DNA of 64,000 nt from Eledone cirrhosa (GCA_964016885.1 OZ024747.1:68944001-69008000); one strand, 5' to 3'; counted from the first letter of the stretch, positions 44,770 through 57,993 are shown. Notes: generated from the letters alone by a model not told the origin. Numbers and translations are program-made.

Positions 44770-45110
44770 TCTGGGAGATATGGAGTTCGATTCCTTGTAG
44801 CAGCCATTGGAAACTACTTTTTCTGTCCTTAAGAGTCCTCATCCTATTTTATAACATCTCCACACTTAAACACACTACTCTTTCACACTGTAAAGTGGTT
44901 GTGTAGGTATCATGACAAAAAACACCCAGCACACACTCTAATCTAAATGTGATTGGCATTAGGAAGGGCATCCAGCTGTAGAAACGTAGCCTGAAACAGT
45001 TCTATAATGATCAAGATACGGTCACCTCACCCAACTTGCCTCTAATGGGACAACTCGTCTAACCCATGCTAGTGTGTGGAAAAATGTGGAAAATGGATGT
45101 TAAATGATGA
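44770..45110 (+). mobile_element. Diverged SINE with an RTE-type tail
   Basis: B-box-like GGAGTTCGATTCC; TTAGGAAGGGCATCCAGCTGTAGAAA; tail GGATGTTAAATGATG. Confidence 0.55.
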
Positions 45111-45141
45111 AGTTGATGTACACAAATACTGACAGAAATAT

Positions 45142-45230
<89 letters not shown>

Positions 45231-45843
45231 CACACACACACGCACACATGCACACACACACACATGCACACATATGTATTAGCAACAGCAGCAACAGCAA
45301 CAACAACAGCAGCAGCAACAGCATCAATAATGTAGATTTTGGTGAACTCTGTCATTCAGAACTGCTAAGTGCTTTGGCTATGGACATAATGCAAAGCTGG
45401 AGACAGCACAGAATATGGTGACCCTCTAGGCTGCTCTCCTATCAATTTGACCATCTTCACCTTTTACATTAGTTACTATATTAAAGTCTAAAGTCTGTCT
45501 CAGGCCTGGTGGCTCATTAGGCCAGCACTTACCCTGGTTTTCTTGGTATAAAGTGACTGAGAGTTCAAGATTGCCCCCTGGACAGGATGTCAGTCCATTG
45601 CACGGTTAAACACCCAGCTGCTGCTGCTGGTATTTATTTTTAGCTGAGTATACTAGAGTAATGTGAAATGAAGTGTTTTGCTCAAGAAGACAATACATAA
45701 CCTGATCCAGGAATGAAACCCAGGACATTATGACCATAACTCCAAAACTGCTGTGTCTTTCAATTAACAATGATCAGAATGTTTTATAATATTTTGGTCC
45801 TGGCAAAGAGTTTGCTTTATAATCCTGAGGTCCAGTGTATGAT

Positions 45844-45917
45844 TCCACAGCATGGTCTAGTGGTTAGGATTCCTGGCTTTCACCCAGGCAGTTTGGGTTT
45901 GATTCCCGACATGGGAA
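45844..45917 (+). pseudogene. tRNA-Glu(TTC) pseudogene
   Basis: ATGGTCTAGTGGTTAGGATTCCTGGCTTTCACCCAGGCAGTTTGGGTTTGATTCCCGACATGGGAA matches metazoan tRNA-Glu with anticodon TTC. The T-loop (GTTTGA) and acceptor stem are damaged. Confidence 0.8.
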
Positions 45918-45928
45918 TGCATGTTTTA

Positions 45929-46122
45929 AGAGCAGTGGATTGGCAGTATCGGTAGAGGATCAGACGCCATGCTTTGCAGCATACAGTTACATCCCTTTAC
46001 GATTTGAGTTCAAATCCTGCCGAGGTTAATTTTGCCTTTCATCCTTACGGGGTCGATAAAATAAAGTACCAGTAATACACTGGGATAATTGCTGGCCTTG
46101 TGCCAAAAGTAGAAACAATTAT
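45929..46122 (+). mobile_element. Near-full Nin/Deu-like SINE (short subtype)
   Basis: TGGCAGTATCGGTAGAG head, GAGTTCAAATCC, core, and GTAGAAACAATTATT tail. Confidence 0.88.
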
Positions 46123-46304
46123 TTGAGACAAATATCTTCTTAGGGTTTTGAGTTGATTGGAGCCTTTTCATGGAAGTTGGGCTGACATAATCTATAAGGA
46201 AGCAGGACAGATTGACTTCTCGTATTATTCAGATAGAATCAGTGTGCCACTGATTCTATCTGAGGATTATATTAATGACACATGCATTGCTGGAATATTC
46301 AGAC

Positions 46305-46470
46305 ACAGTGGGTCCTGTCAGAATCAACCATCTTCAACTGATCCGGCTGGATCACCAAGCGAGACCAGCCAAGCTCATGGAAGTTATTCAACCATCTTGC
46401 TCTGGATCTACCTCTGGGTCTCCTGTCAATTGGTTTGGCCTGTAAAATCTGTCCTGCAATTCTTTCCTGA
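46305..46470 (-). mobile_element. Old RTE (Expander/Rex3-like) 3' fragment
   Basis: QILQAKPIDRRPRGRSRARWLNNFHELGWSRLVIQPDQL. Confidence 0.7.
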
Positions 46471-46829
46471 GTCATTCTAACCAGATGCAGACACCCCAAG
46501 GGTGAAGAACAAAACTGATGACTGTGATTTAAACAAATCAATGTGATTTCAAACATTTAATCTACTGCTCCACCATTTCTGGCTAATAATCTATCCATAA
46601 GAAATGAAATACTAACTCTGAGCTAATTATTACCAACTAATACTAATATATATATATATGTCATTTACCTTCCTATAGTTAAGCTTTTACCATTTCAATA
46701 GCAAATGAGAAATGGTAAAAGCTTAACTGCAGGACAGAAAATGCTTTTAATATATATACACTTTTCTTAAGTATAAAGCCCCAAGTTGAATAATGTTTTT
46801 ACTAGTTTTAACTAATAACCCCCCCCCCC

Positions 46830-46875
<46 letters not shown>

Positions 46876-48286
46876 ACACATACACATACAGATACACACA
46901 CACACATACAGACACATACACACATATATATAGACACGTGATAATGGGTGTGAAGCTTTGGGCTATATAAGTAATTGTCAGGAATTCTGTGAATTTAGGC
47001 ATTGTTGGTTCCAGTGGAGTGAACTGAAAAGTGAGGAGGAAGAAGGAGAAGGGGAGAAAGAGAGAGAGAAAGTGTGTGTGTGTATGGAATAAGCACCCCC
47101 CTCCTTTCAAGTGTATCAGTGTTAGTGGTGATGATGTTGATGATGATGATGGTGGTGGTGGTAGGAGAAAGAGAAGAACAAGACTCAAATAGAGAAGTTT
47201 GGATGAGGTTTTGGATACATATGTGATAGTGGTACTGGCAGTGGTATTGGGAGTGATGATGGTAGTGGTGCTATTGGAGGTGGCAATGGCTGTGGTATTG
47301 GTATTGGTGTTGGTGATGGTGGTGATGGTAGTTCTAGTAGTGGTAGTAATGTTAGGGGTAATGGTAGTGATGATAGTAGTGGTAATGGTGGTAGTGGTAA
47401 CTATAGTGATGGTGGTGGTGGGAAATAAAGAGAGCTAAAGGACGATAGCAACATTCCAAGACAACCGAGGAATACTAAATGACAATACAGGTGAAAAAGG
47501 CTTGTCTATTTTCCCTTAAATGACTGCTTCGAAATCACAGAGTCATCACGGCCTGGCTGTTCTTTACTCCCTCAGAAACCATTGTTGGCAGTGAGGCAGT
47601 GATGCATCAAACCTTTAGAAGATTGTAGGATTGCAGCAACAACAGCAACAACAGTGGCAGCAGCGGTAACATCTACTGTAATAGTTACAGTAGAAGCAGC
47701 AGTAGGAGATCAATAACAATATATAAAGCAAAGAAAATTATATCATTGGTGCTAGAATGAACTGTTATGATGTAGCGGACATTATCAGAGAGTTCTGACC
47801 ACTGAACACTGGTAATAATGTTCTTGCATTACATCTGAACACAGATCAGAGTGAGCTAGAAATAAATAAACCCCCAAAAAAAAGAAAAAAAAGAAAGGTT
47901 GTTTAATGGCCAGAGATTAACAAATAGAGAGATTCAGGTATTTTTATTTTTATTTTTCTCCTCTTTATTAGTTTTATAAGTAATAAACGAAAGCAAAAAT
48001 TCTTTTTACTCTAGTACATATGGACATGAAAAATAAGAATGTGTATTTAAATCTATTAATAGTTAAAGGGCTTAGTAAAAAAAATAAAAAAAATAGAATA
48101 AACAATAAAAGAGAAAAAGAAAAAAGAGGGATAATTTAAAAAATGGGGTGAAGGAAAGGGGCAAAACTTTATCCCCTTGGCTGGAAAGTACACCTTAGTT
48201 GTATCCCACAGATAAGACAAGGAAACCATTACTGTGGAGAACAGCCAGCAACACACACTAGATAAGCTTTTTAGGGTGGAAAATAG

Positions 48287-48844
48287 TAGAGTGAAGACTG
48301 AGGATTCCAGGTGTGTTGGTGGCAACTGATGCAAAGAGGAAGCTGATGTAGAGTGAAGACTGAGGATTCCAGGTGTGTTGGTGGCAACTGATGCGAAGAG
48401 GAAGCTGATGTAGAGTGAAGACTGAGGATTCCAGGTGTGTTGGTGGCAACTGATGCGAAGAGGAAGCTGTTGTAGAGTGAAGACTGAGGATTCCAGGTGT
48501 GTTGATGGCAACTGATGCGAAGAGGAAGCTGTTGTAGAGTGAAGACTGAGGATTCCAGGTGTGTTGATGGCAACTGATGCGAAGAGGAAGCTGTTGTAGA
48601 GTGAAGACTGAGGATTCCAGGTGTGTTGATGGCAACTGATGCGAAGAGGAAGCTGTTGTAGAGTGAAGACTGAGGATTCCAGGTGTGTTGATGGCAACTG
48701 ATGCGAAGAGGAAGCTGTTGTAGAGTGAAGACTGAGGATTCCAGGTGTGTTGATGGCAACTGATGCGAAGAGGAAGCTGTTGTAGAGTGAAGACTGAGGA
48801 TTCCAGGTGTGTTGATGGCAACTGATGCGAAGAGGAAGCTGTTG
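48287..48844. repeat. 62-bp minisatellite, 9 copies
   Basis: Unit TAGAGTGAAGACTGAGGATTCCAGGTGTGTTGATGGCAACTGATGCGAAGAGGAAGCTGTTG. Confidence 0.97.
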
Positions 48845-49057
48845 GTCATACCCAGTGTTTTGTTACCTTCCACTTATCTCTATTGTGGGCAGCTGTGCCT
48901 GTATTTGTGGTTGAAGTGATAAGGTTGGGACCAGAAGATGAGTTACAACATGTGGCATCCTATATTATCCTCCTCAAATGGGGAAAAAAGTTTATCTCAT
49001 CAAGATGTATATTAAGAATCAAAAACAACACTTTCAACAGTGTGGCTGAATGTTTAA

Positions 49058-49265
49058 CTCTTTAGCATTTACATTACTCTATATATACTAACATATTTTC
49101 ATGGTAAAGGCTTTATCTCATATAATATGGAATCTATGAGATTTTGATATTATTTATTTTGAGAACAATATCTTAACATCAGTATAAGTGGCCAGTTACA
49201 GCCAGTTTGAACAGAAAGAGGTGAAAGAATTCTGGCTGGATATGGCCGGTTTAAATGCTAAAGGG
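49058..49265. mobile_element. piggyBac-type MITE copy
   Basis: TTAA|CTCTTTAGCATTTA ... TAAATGCTAAAGGG; homologous to 7412-7626. Confidence 0.75.
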
Positions 49266-51483
49266 TCTTCAACAATATCCATTAATAATATATGTGGCAA
49301 ATTAGTGAGGGAAAGAAGTAGATGGGGCCCATAAAGAAATGGGAATAAAAGGATCCTTTTACAAATCTTAGAAGGGTGACTTGATAAAATCAACAGCTAT
49401 AGTTTACCAAAAAAAAAAAAGAAAAAAGAGAAACACTTTCCAGAGTATTTGAGGGAATTTTTCTGTGTACCAAAGCCTCAACACCATATGGCTTACTTTG
49501 ACAGGCTGAAAGAAGCAGAATTTAAGTTTGGACATTTGTATGTTTATGGTCCTAGAAGAGAAGATCTGCTGCCATTTGTTTGTAATTAGAAACGTGACCA
49601 ATAAAGAAAGGATTATTTGGATTGGTAGAATTGGTACTGTCAGACAAAATAATTTGTGGTATTTGTTTTGGCTCTTATAATTTCAGTTAATATCCTGTCA
49701 AAGTCAACTTTTCCAATCATCTTCCTAGGATCGATAAAATAAAGTACCATTAAAGTACTGGGGTTGATTTAACCAACTGTGCATGTTATACTGGCCTTGT
49801 TCTTAAATTAGAAATCATTATCATTAACCTTATTAGGATTGAGAGGATTCATCAGTTTTGTCAAGGGCATGGTAGCTTCTCTAGTGTTGGTGAAACAATA
49901 AAATGCACAATAAAGTACACTCAGTAAAGGGGTTGGTGATAGGAAAGGCATCTAGCTATAGAAAACTTGTCAAACAAAGTGCCAAAAAGGCTCTTCAGTT
50001 GTTTCAAACCCAATGCTGGTGCCATGATAAAATGTTTGGTGGATTTTTTTAGAGTGTGGGAACCTATAAGTGAAATGTGCCCAGCCCATCTGAGAGATAA
50101 GTGACCCTAATTAAGTACTGACTTAGTCTGTGGTAACACATCCAATGCTTGCTGGCAGGGAAAATGTATGTTAAATAATGAAGTGAGGCTGATGATGATG
50201 ATGATGATGATATAACATTGGACCAAATCCTTTGCAGTATTTAGTTACATCCCTTTCACAACTGATTTTACCTTTCAATCTTTCTAGATCAATAAGTAAC
50301 AGTCAAGTACTTTGATCAATTAAAATAATTATACCCCTCCCTTTGCACACTATGGATGTGCACCAATATTGGAAGTTATTAAACGGTAGCATTGCTTTAT
50401 CTGTTTTTGTTTACTTCTTTTAAAAAAGAGTTTGACATGTTAAATCAAACTGTTATATAGTTAACAGTAAGTATTGTAAATCTAAAAATCCTTTTTTTTT
50501 CATATATGTATGTATAAGTGTTTGTGAGTATTTGTGCCATCAACCACCTGGTGGTGGTGGTAGTTGTTTTGCTGCTGCTAATGATGATGATGATGATGAT
50601 GATGAAAATACATGGTTCTTTTAAAATTAGGGAATAATCCAGTTTAAAATCATTTGATATTTAATTAATTTTAATTAATCAAAATCTTTAGTGTTGTTTC
50701 GCTCTACTTCCCTCTTTTTTTCTTACTAGAATTGTCATTTATATAATGGTTTTACATCACTAACACTTTAATGTACCGAATTAAACTTTTTTTGGCTAAT
50801 ACATTTAATATAGTAGCACTCACTTTACTATTCATGTTAGTACTTAGTTTACTCGTTGGTATATTAAAATCTTATGAATGATTTTGATACTCTTTAAAAT
50901 TACTAGTTTATTTTCTAGTGTCCTTTAACTGCAGGAAGCTCTGGTTTAATATTTATTATAATGTGGCACTTTTTTTTTTCCATAACTCCCAGAAGTTGTG
51001 TATACACTATCTTGTAACCTGGCTACTTCAATCAGTAAATCTTTATATTTAGACAATCATTTAGTCTAAATGATTGATATGTTTTTGTCTACAAGACATG
51101 ACATATCAATCATAGTTCATGTTTTGTTTTCATGATTATGCTAGGTCAGTTGACCAATATTTCTGTCTGTCTGAAATGCCATGTTCCATATTTATATCAC
51201 TCCATCTTCCACTGAAATGTTCTCACAATTATTTTTATGTTGGTATCATTTTACTGTGTTACCTGAAAGTTTGTTGGTTGCAATGCATCTGCATGCATGC
51301 TTTGTTTCTGCTAGTTACTGGACACCCAGCAAACATTTTTATCAAGTTTCTTAGTATGTAGGATTTTAAAGATATATTTTGGTGGTTTCAAATATAGTCA
51401 TATGGCAAGCTGGAGACACTTGCAACTGAATCTGACTTGCATTCAATGTCTGTGTATTACCAATTTATGTCGAACAGTTATTA

Positions 51484-51700
51484 CATCATCATCATCATCA
51501 TTTTACGTCCGCTTTTCCCTGCTTGCAAGGGTAGGACGGGTCTTATTCAGCACAGCATCTCTCCACTTGTCACGGTCCTTCGTCATCTTCACCGTGAGCT
51601 TCAGCGATCTGAGGTCTGTTCTCACCACCTCCGCCCATGTTTTTCGTGGTCTACCTCTACCACGTCTTCCTTCAACTGGCATTTCCTGACACATGTGTGG
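51484..51700 (-). mobile_element. RTE family C 3' end (ORF runs to the tail)
   Basis: VEGRRGRGRPRKTWAEVVRTDL...DRDKWRDAVLNKTRPTLASREKRT* followed by (GAT)n. Confidence 0.88.
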
Positions 51701-51775
51701 AATATTATATTTTCTACCAGGTGAGCAAGGAAGGGAGAAATTGTAGCAATGAAGAGAGATACTGTAACAAGGAAA

Positions 51776-51822
<47 letters not shown>

Positions 51823-52237
51823 CTGTAGTAAAACTAGTAGCAAAACTAACAGGCCCCAAAGTTTGCTGATCCAACATAATTGCCAGTTGCACCAGAGTGT
51901 GCAGTTCCAAGGTTGGTTGTAAAACTCATCCCATTCTCAAAACTCAACGACCAGTAATGCCACTCCAGCATTTTGTGACAATGAGAATATGAAGAATGAA
52001 TAAGTGTGGCAAACATTTGGGGACAGTACAAAGAATAGAAAATGGAAGAACTCCAAGAAGAAAAGTCAATGAAGAGAAGGTATAGAAAGTTACTTTTCCA
52101 ACCATATTTAGGTATAAAATATTTACTGTATGCACGAAAAAAGCTGATGGCAAAATTAAGAGAAAATTATCATTTTACTCTAAAAGATTTTTAGGGCAGT
52201 GAATTTAGAGAAACAATAAGACAATCACCTAAATCAA

Positions 52238-52452
52238 TGATTTCTAATTTAGGTAGAAGGCCAACGATTGTGGGGGCAGGAAAATTGATTATATCAACCC
52301 AGTACCTTACTGGAACGTTGTTTTATTGACTCCAGAATGATGAAAGGCAAAGTTGACAATGACAGGATTTGAACTCAGAACTTAAAGGGCCCTAACTAAA
52401 TAACTACAAAGCTTTTTGTCCAATGCTCTGACACTTCTGATAATCCACCACC
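52238..52452 (-). mobile_element. Nin/Deu-like SINE, diverged
   Basis: Contains GATGAAAGGCAAAGTTGAC and GGATTTGAACTCAGAA. Confidence 0.7.
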
Positions 52453-52884
52453 ATTATGGATCTAGACTCATGCATTTTCTTATTAGCTTTTGTCTCCTTG
52501 ATTTCTGAGTTCAAATCTCGTTGGGTTCAACTTTGTTGAAAAAATAAAATTAGTACAAATGAAGTATTGAAAGCTAATCCAACTAGTTATACTATTCACT
52601 TAAAATGATAACACAATAGTTAGAAGGCATTATACATTTGTTTATTGGATATAATAGTTAGTGTTAACAAATACTAATTAGGGAGGGTCTTTAGTCGAGT
52701 CTTTGACCATCAACCTCCCTAGTGCTTGTGCCATGATAAAATACACTCAATATACTCTGTAATGTGATTGGTATTAAAAAAAGCTTCCAGCAGTTCAAAT
52801 CATACTAAAAAAGGTTAAGAAAACTGCTCAGTCACAACACATCAACCTCTCTATAGAGATGGTGACAGTATATGTGGTATATAT

Positions 52885-52936
52885 AGTAGTAATAGTAGTA
52901 GCAGCAGCAGCATCAGCAGTAGTAGTAGTAGTTGTG

Positions 52937-52967
<31 letters not shown>

Positions 52968-53032
52968 TAGTAGTAGCAGCTGCAATAGTAGTAGTTGTAG
53001 TAACAGTAGTAGTAGTAGTAGCAATAGTAGTA

Positions 53033-53087
<55 letters not shown>

Positions 53088-53265
53088 TGTTGTAGTAGTA
53101 GTAGCAATAGTAGTAGTAGTGGTAGTGGTAGTAGCAATAGTAGTAGTAGTAGTAGTATTATTGTTGTTGTTGTCGGTGGTGGTGGTGAAGCTAGGATTTG
53201 TTTGCTTGCAACTTCAACTACAGCTACAGCCAGTTTAATAGCAGTTGCAACAACAACAGCAATAT

Positions 53266-53335
<70 letters not shown>

Positions 53336-53634
53336 CGCTACTACTACTACTACCACCACCACGTATGTTTATGGACAAATTCGTTTCTTTGTGCAAGTGG
53401 CCAAGATAGAGATGTCAAAGTTTTAGTAGAATTATAAACATGAGCTGGAAATGATGCTTCTATGATGTCAGCAAGCATGCTGCATGCATGTATGCACTGG
53501 GTTTGATGTCGTATTGCACTGTTTTTGCCTGAATGACCATAACCTAGCCCATTGAAGGCTACTGCTACTGCTACTGCTACTGCTACTGCTGCTGCTACTA
53601 CTGCTGGTGTTAGTGCTACTATTACTGCTACTAT

Positions 53635-53708
<74 letters not shown>

Positions 53709-54535
53709 TTACCTCTACCATATTAGCATTATTTAGCTTTCCTTCCACCATAATCACCATTAGCTTTGTAATCCTCTCTACCACCACCACTACCACCACC
53801 ACTACCACCACCACTACCACCATCATCACTACCTCTACTACAACCACCACCACTACCACCACCACTACCACTATCATCACAACCTCTACTACAACCACCA
53901 CCACTACCACCACCACTACCACCATCATCACAACCTCTACTACAACCACCACCACTACCACCACCACTACCACCATCATCACAACCTCTACTACAACCAC
54001 CACCACTACCACCACCACTACCACCATCATCACTACCTCTACTACAACCACCACCACTACCACCACCACTACCACCACTACCACCACCACTACCACCATC
54101 ATCATAACCTCTACTACAACCACCACCACTACCACCACTACCACCATCATCACCACCACCACCACCACCACCACCACCACCACCACCACCACTACCACCA
54201 CCACCACCACTACCACCACCACTACCACCATCATCATAACCTCTACCACCACCACCACCACCACTACCACCACCACTACCACCATCATCATAACCTCTAC
54301 CACCACCACCACCACAACTACCACCACCACTACCACCATCATCATAACCTCTACCACCACCACCACCACCACTACCACCACCACTACCACCATCATCATA
54401 ACCTCTACCACCACCACCACCACCACTACCACCACTACCACCATCATAACCTCTACTACCACTACTACCACTACTACTACTACCACTACTACTACTACCA
54501 CTACTGCTGCTGCCGCCGCTGCTGCTGTTGCTAAT
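52885..54535. repeat. (TAG)n, (CTA)n and (CCA)n trinucleotide tracts with a 45-51 bp higher-order unit
   Basis: Direct reading; ATCATCAC/TAACCTCTAC recurs periodically. Confidence 0.92.
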
Positions 54536-54617
54536 AATACTAACCGATAACTGATTAGGGTTGAAGTCTGGTTCTGATTAAAGAGATGAGATGTGGTTAG
54601 TAGCTGAGTAGTGAGTG

Positions 54618-55402
54618 TTGAGTGTGGAGTGTGGAGTGTGGAGTGTGGTTTGTGGAGTGTGGAGTGTGGAGTGTGGAGTGTGGTTTGTGGAGTGTGGTTT
54701 GTGGAGTGTGGTTTGTGGGGTGTGGAGTGTGGAGTGTGGAGTGTGGAGTGTGGAGTGTGGAGTGTTGTGTGTGGAGTGTGGAGTGTGGAGTGTGGTTTGT
54801 GGGGTGTGGAGTGTTGTGTGTGGAGTGTGGTTTGTGGGGTGTGGAGTGTGGAGTGTTGTGTGTGGTTTGTGGAGTGTGGAGTGTTGTGTGTGGAGTGTGG
54901 AGTGTGGAGTGTTGTGTGTGGAGTGTGGAGTGTTGAATGTAGAGTGTAGAGTGTGGAGTGTGGTTTGTGGGGTGTGGAGTGTTGTGTGTGGAGTGTGGAG
55001 TGTGGTTTGTGGGGTGTGGAGTGTGGAGTGTGGATTGTTATGTATGGAGTGTGGAGTGTTGTGTGTGGAGTGTGGAGTGTGGTTTGTGGGGGTGTGGAGT
55101 GTTGTGTGTGGAGTGTGGAGTGTGGATTGTTGTGTATGGAGTGTGGAGTGTTGTGTGTGGAGTGTGGTTTGTGGAGTGTGGAGTGTTGTGTGTGGAGTGT
55201 GGAGTGTGGAGTGTGGTTTGTGGAGTGTGGTGTGTGGAGTGTTGTGTGTGGAGTGTGGAGTGTGGAGTGCGGAGTGTGGTTTGTGGAGTGTTGTGTGTGG
55301 AGTGTGGAGTGTGGTTTGTGGAGTGTGGAGTGTGGTGTGTGGAGTGTGGAATGTGGAATGTGGAGTGTGGAGTGTGGGCTTTGGAGTGATAGCTGTGGAG
55401 TG
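54618..55402. repeat. (GTGGAGT)n 7-bp satellite
   Basis: Direct reading. Confidence 0.95.
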
Positions 55403-55668
55403 AAGGCCATGGATTGTGGGTTGTGGAATGTGGGATGTAGTATATAGTCTATAGAGTGTGGCTATGGAGTTTGTGTTGTGGAGTGTAAGTTGTGAAGTCT
55501 GGGTTGTGGAGTGTAGGTTGTGATGTGTGAGTTGTGGAGTTATGGAGTGTAGGCAAGAGCAGTAGTTGTGGTTATTTAACCCAGATCAACCTTCACCGAG
55601 CAGATCTTTGATCAAGTATCTTCAATCAATGACTATTCCGCAAGGACTACATTAAACAAAGTGTCCTT

Positions 55669-55772
55669 CGCCGAGGTTAACTGTGCCTTTCATCCTTACG
55701 GGGTCGATAAAATAAAGTACCAGTAATGCACTGGGTAATTGCTGGCCTTGTGCCAAAAGTATAAACAATTAT
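55669..55772 (+). mobile_element. 5'-truncated Nin/Deu-like SINE nested in an older repeat
   Basis: Core CTTTCATCCTTACGGGGTCGATAAAATAAAGTACCAG interrupts the 55565-55850 repeat. Confidence 0.8.
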
Positions 55773-56303
55773 TTTTCAAGAGTGTAGGTTGTGATTTGAG
55801 GGAACTTTGACTGCAATTTCTAGTAAGTTGAACGGCCACGCGATTGCTTCTCCTCTTAGATTTGTATTGGTTATTAAATGATCTGATATTGTTGTTTTAT
55901 AATTCTAGTCCAGTCTTGATAGAGCAGATCTACAATCAAAGACACCCTAGCCGTGACCATCACGTCAATTTCCTATGTAGAATAAGCCCAGGACCGTATT
56001 ATTCATTGTGTCCTTTTGTAAATGATTTGAAGAATTTTAGCTGCTATTTCGAACACCTAGAGATTCACTGTGCTGTGGTAAGGTTTATGGTAAATTGGCT
56101 GTAGCATGGCCACATGGTTCCGTGGTGAGTCTCACAGTATATAATCTTGGGCAAGTGTCTTGTAACATAACCTCGGGTTGACTTATGTCTTTTGAGTGGA
56201 GTTAGCTGGACGGAAACAATTTGAAGGCTCGTTGGATGGAGTACATGTATAATTCACAGGATTAGCCATAACATACTGTGTCGCACTGAATCTCCCTTCG
56301 AAT

Positions 56304-56508
56304 TAGGCACAAGGCCAAACATTTTTGGGGTTGGGAAAGTCGATTAAATCTACCTCAGTGCATTACTGGTACTTGATTTTATCGACTTCGTAAGGATGAA
56401 AGGCAAAGCTAACCTCAGTAGGATTTGAGCTCAGATCGTAAAGGGATGTAACCCTATGTCATAGAGCATGTTGTCTGACGCGTCACCGATACTGGCTACC
56501 CACCACCC
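56304..56508 (-). mobile_element. Near-full Nin/Deu-like SINE (long subtype)
   Basis: Reverse complement of 27935-28140. Confidence 0.8.
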
Positions 56509-56727
56509 TCAGTTACTTATATATTAACTTAACAATTAGGTCACCCCGTTGACTGGAACACTCATCTTCGAAACCAATGGATGTCCAATTGTCATTTATC
56601 TTAGTGGTGTGTCGTAGCTTACTATTAGTAGGTGATATGCCGAGTGGTCAGTAGGACATTGCAGATTCTTCAACCTCCTCTTATTTGGCAGCAATAGGCA
56701 GTTAAGAACACACGAAGAAGGGCACAC

Positions 56728-56814
<87 letters not shown>

Positions 56815-56859
56815 GAGTCTGCGGTGCTGAGACCGGGGAAACCACTAATCACTAGTGGG

Positions 56860-56894
<35 letters not shown>

Positions 56895-57344
56895 GGACAG
56901 AAAGAGAGGGGGAAGGAGAGGGGGAGAGGGAGAGATACAGGGGGTAGAGAGAGGGGGAGAAGCAAAGAAAGAGTAAGGCTGAGTGAGGAAGGAAAAATCA
57001 GAAAGAAAGAGAAAGCTAAATGAAGAAAGAATGGTATAAAAAAAAAACTGATAAAAAGAAAGTTAAAGAAAATGACTGTGACATTTAGTATTAGGCCAAA
57101 GTAATTGGTGCCAAATAGTGTATATAGCAATTATACAATGGTTGATAGTAATGCAAGATGGACATTGATGACATTTTAGGGGCAGTTGCCAATCATGGTA
57201 CATTGTTATTGTCCTGACATAGTTGAGGCTTGCTAGCGCTCATTATTCTCGATAATGATGGAATATCATTCCATGTGTGATTAACAACTATATGACTGGT
57301 CAGCACAACAGATACTACTGCTTATTCATATTATGTCTGTATGT

Positions 57345-57630
57345 ATGCATACATACATACACACATACATGCATATATATATACATGATGGCTGCAAACT
57401 CTGCTGAGAGTACTGCAATCGTTTGTCAGATTATAGAGATTGGTGCACTTTTAGGCTACGGCCAGCCACACAAATCTGTAACATATGCTGAACAAGCAAT
57501 GCCTGTGCTTTAAAGGTTTTTTAAGTGAGGAAAGGCCTTGCACTCGACAATCCCACTCTCTGAGCATCGAAAACACTACCCGAAAAGGAGAACTTGTCAA
57601 CATCCTCGGATGCTTACGAAGCCGCAGGTT
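57345..57630 (-). mobile_element. Degenerate RTE/BovB-like 3' end with an (ATGT)n tail
   Basis: Minus-strand end GTACTCTCAGCAGAGTTTGCAGCCATCATGTA resembles 206-236; it shares GCACAGGCATTGCTT with 10-24. Confidence 0.5.
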
Positions 57631-57828
57631 TTTTTTCTGAGTTTCCCTCTCCTAGAAAGGTGTTGTGACAATATATGTACATATATACATACATATATAC
57701 ATACATACATACACACACGTATGCATATATAAATCTATGCATGTATACATAGATAAATCTATACATGCATAGATTTATATATGCATGCATGTGTGTATGT
57801 ATGTATACATAGATAAATGTATACACAA

Positions 57829-57865
<37 letters not shown>

Positions 57866-57957
57866 CGTATGTAAAAGGTAAACAGAAATAACAACACAAT
57901 CGGTACAGTATATGGAAGGGATATATTAGGTTAACGCTTGATATAGCAGGAAGAGGG

Positions 57958-57993
57958 TCTTAACGTTTCGGACGCTAGTCCTTCATCAGAAGA
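57958..57993 (-). ncRNA. Minimal type I hammerhead ribozyme, family 5
   Basis: UCUU-CUGAUGA-A-GGAC(UAGC)GUCC-GAAAC-GUU-AAGA. The core is intact, and the loopless palindromic stem III (AACGUU) is of the dimer type. Confidence 0.75.

Noticed and set aside
47560-47615. Possible minus-strand terminal exon (FDASLPHCQQWFLRE*)
   Set aside because: Too short, no recognisable homology, and no linked exons identified.
48287-48844. CRISPR-like array
   Set aside because: The units are contiguous with no unique spacers, there are no cas genes, and the context is eukaryotic. The same applies to 23203-24249.
49430-49590. Protein-like plus frame (EYLREFFCVPKP...) and a 55-bp minus-strand AG..GT candidate exon
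   Set aside because: No recognisable domain; it needs RNA-seq or BLASTX support.
53350-55447. Mucin-like or poly-Val ORFs
   Set aside because: They derive from trinucleotide and 7-bp satellites and lack gene structure.
56820-56860. CTGAGA..GAAAC plus hairpin as a hammerhead
   Set aside because: The core lacks N7 and there is no convincing stem I or stem II.
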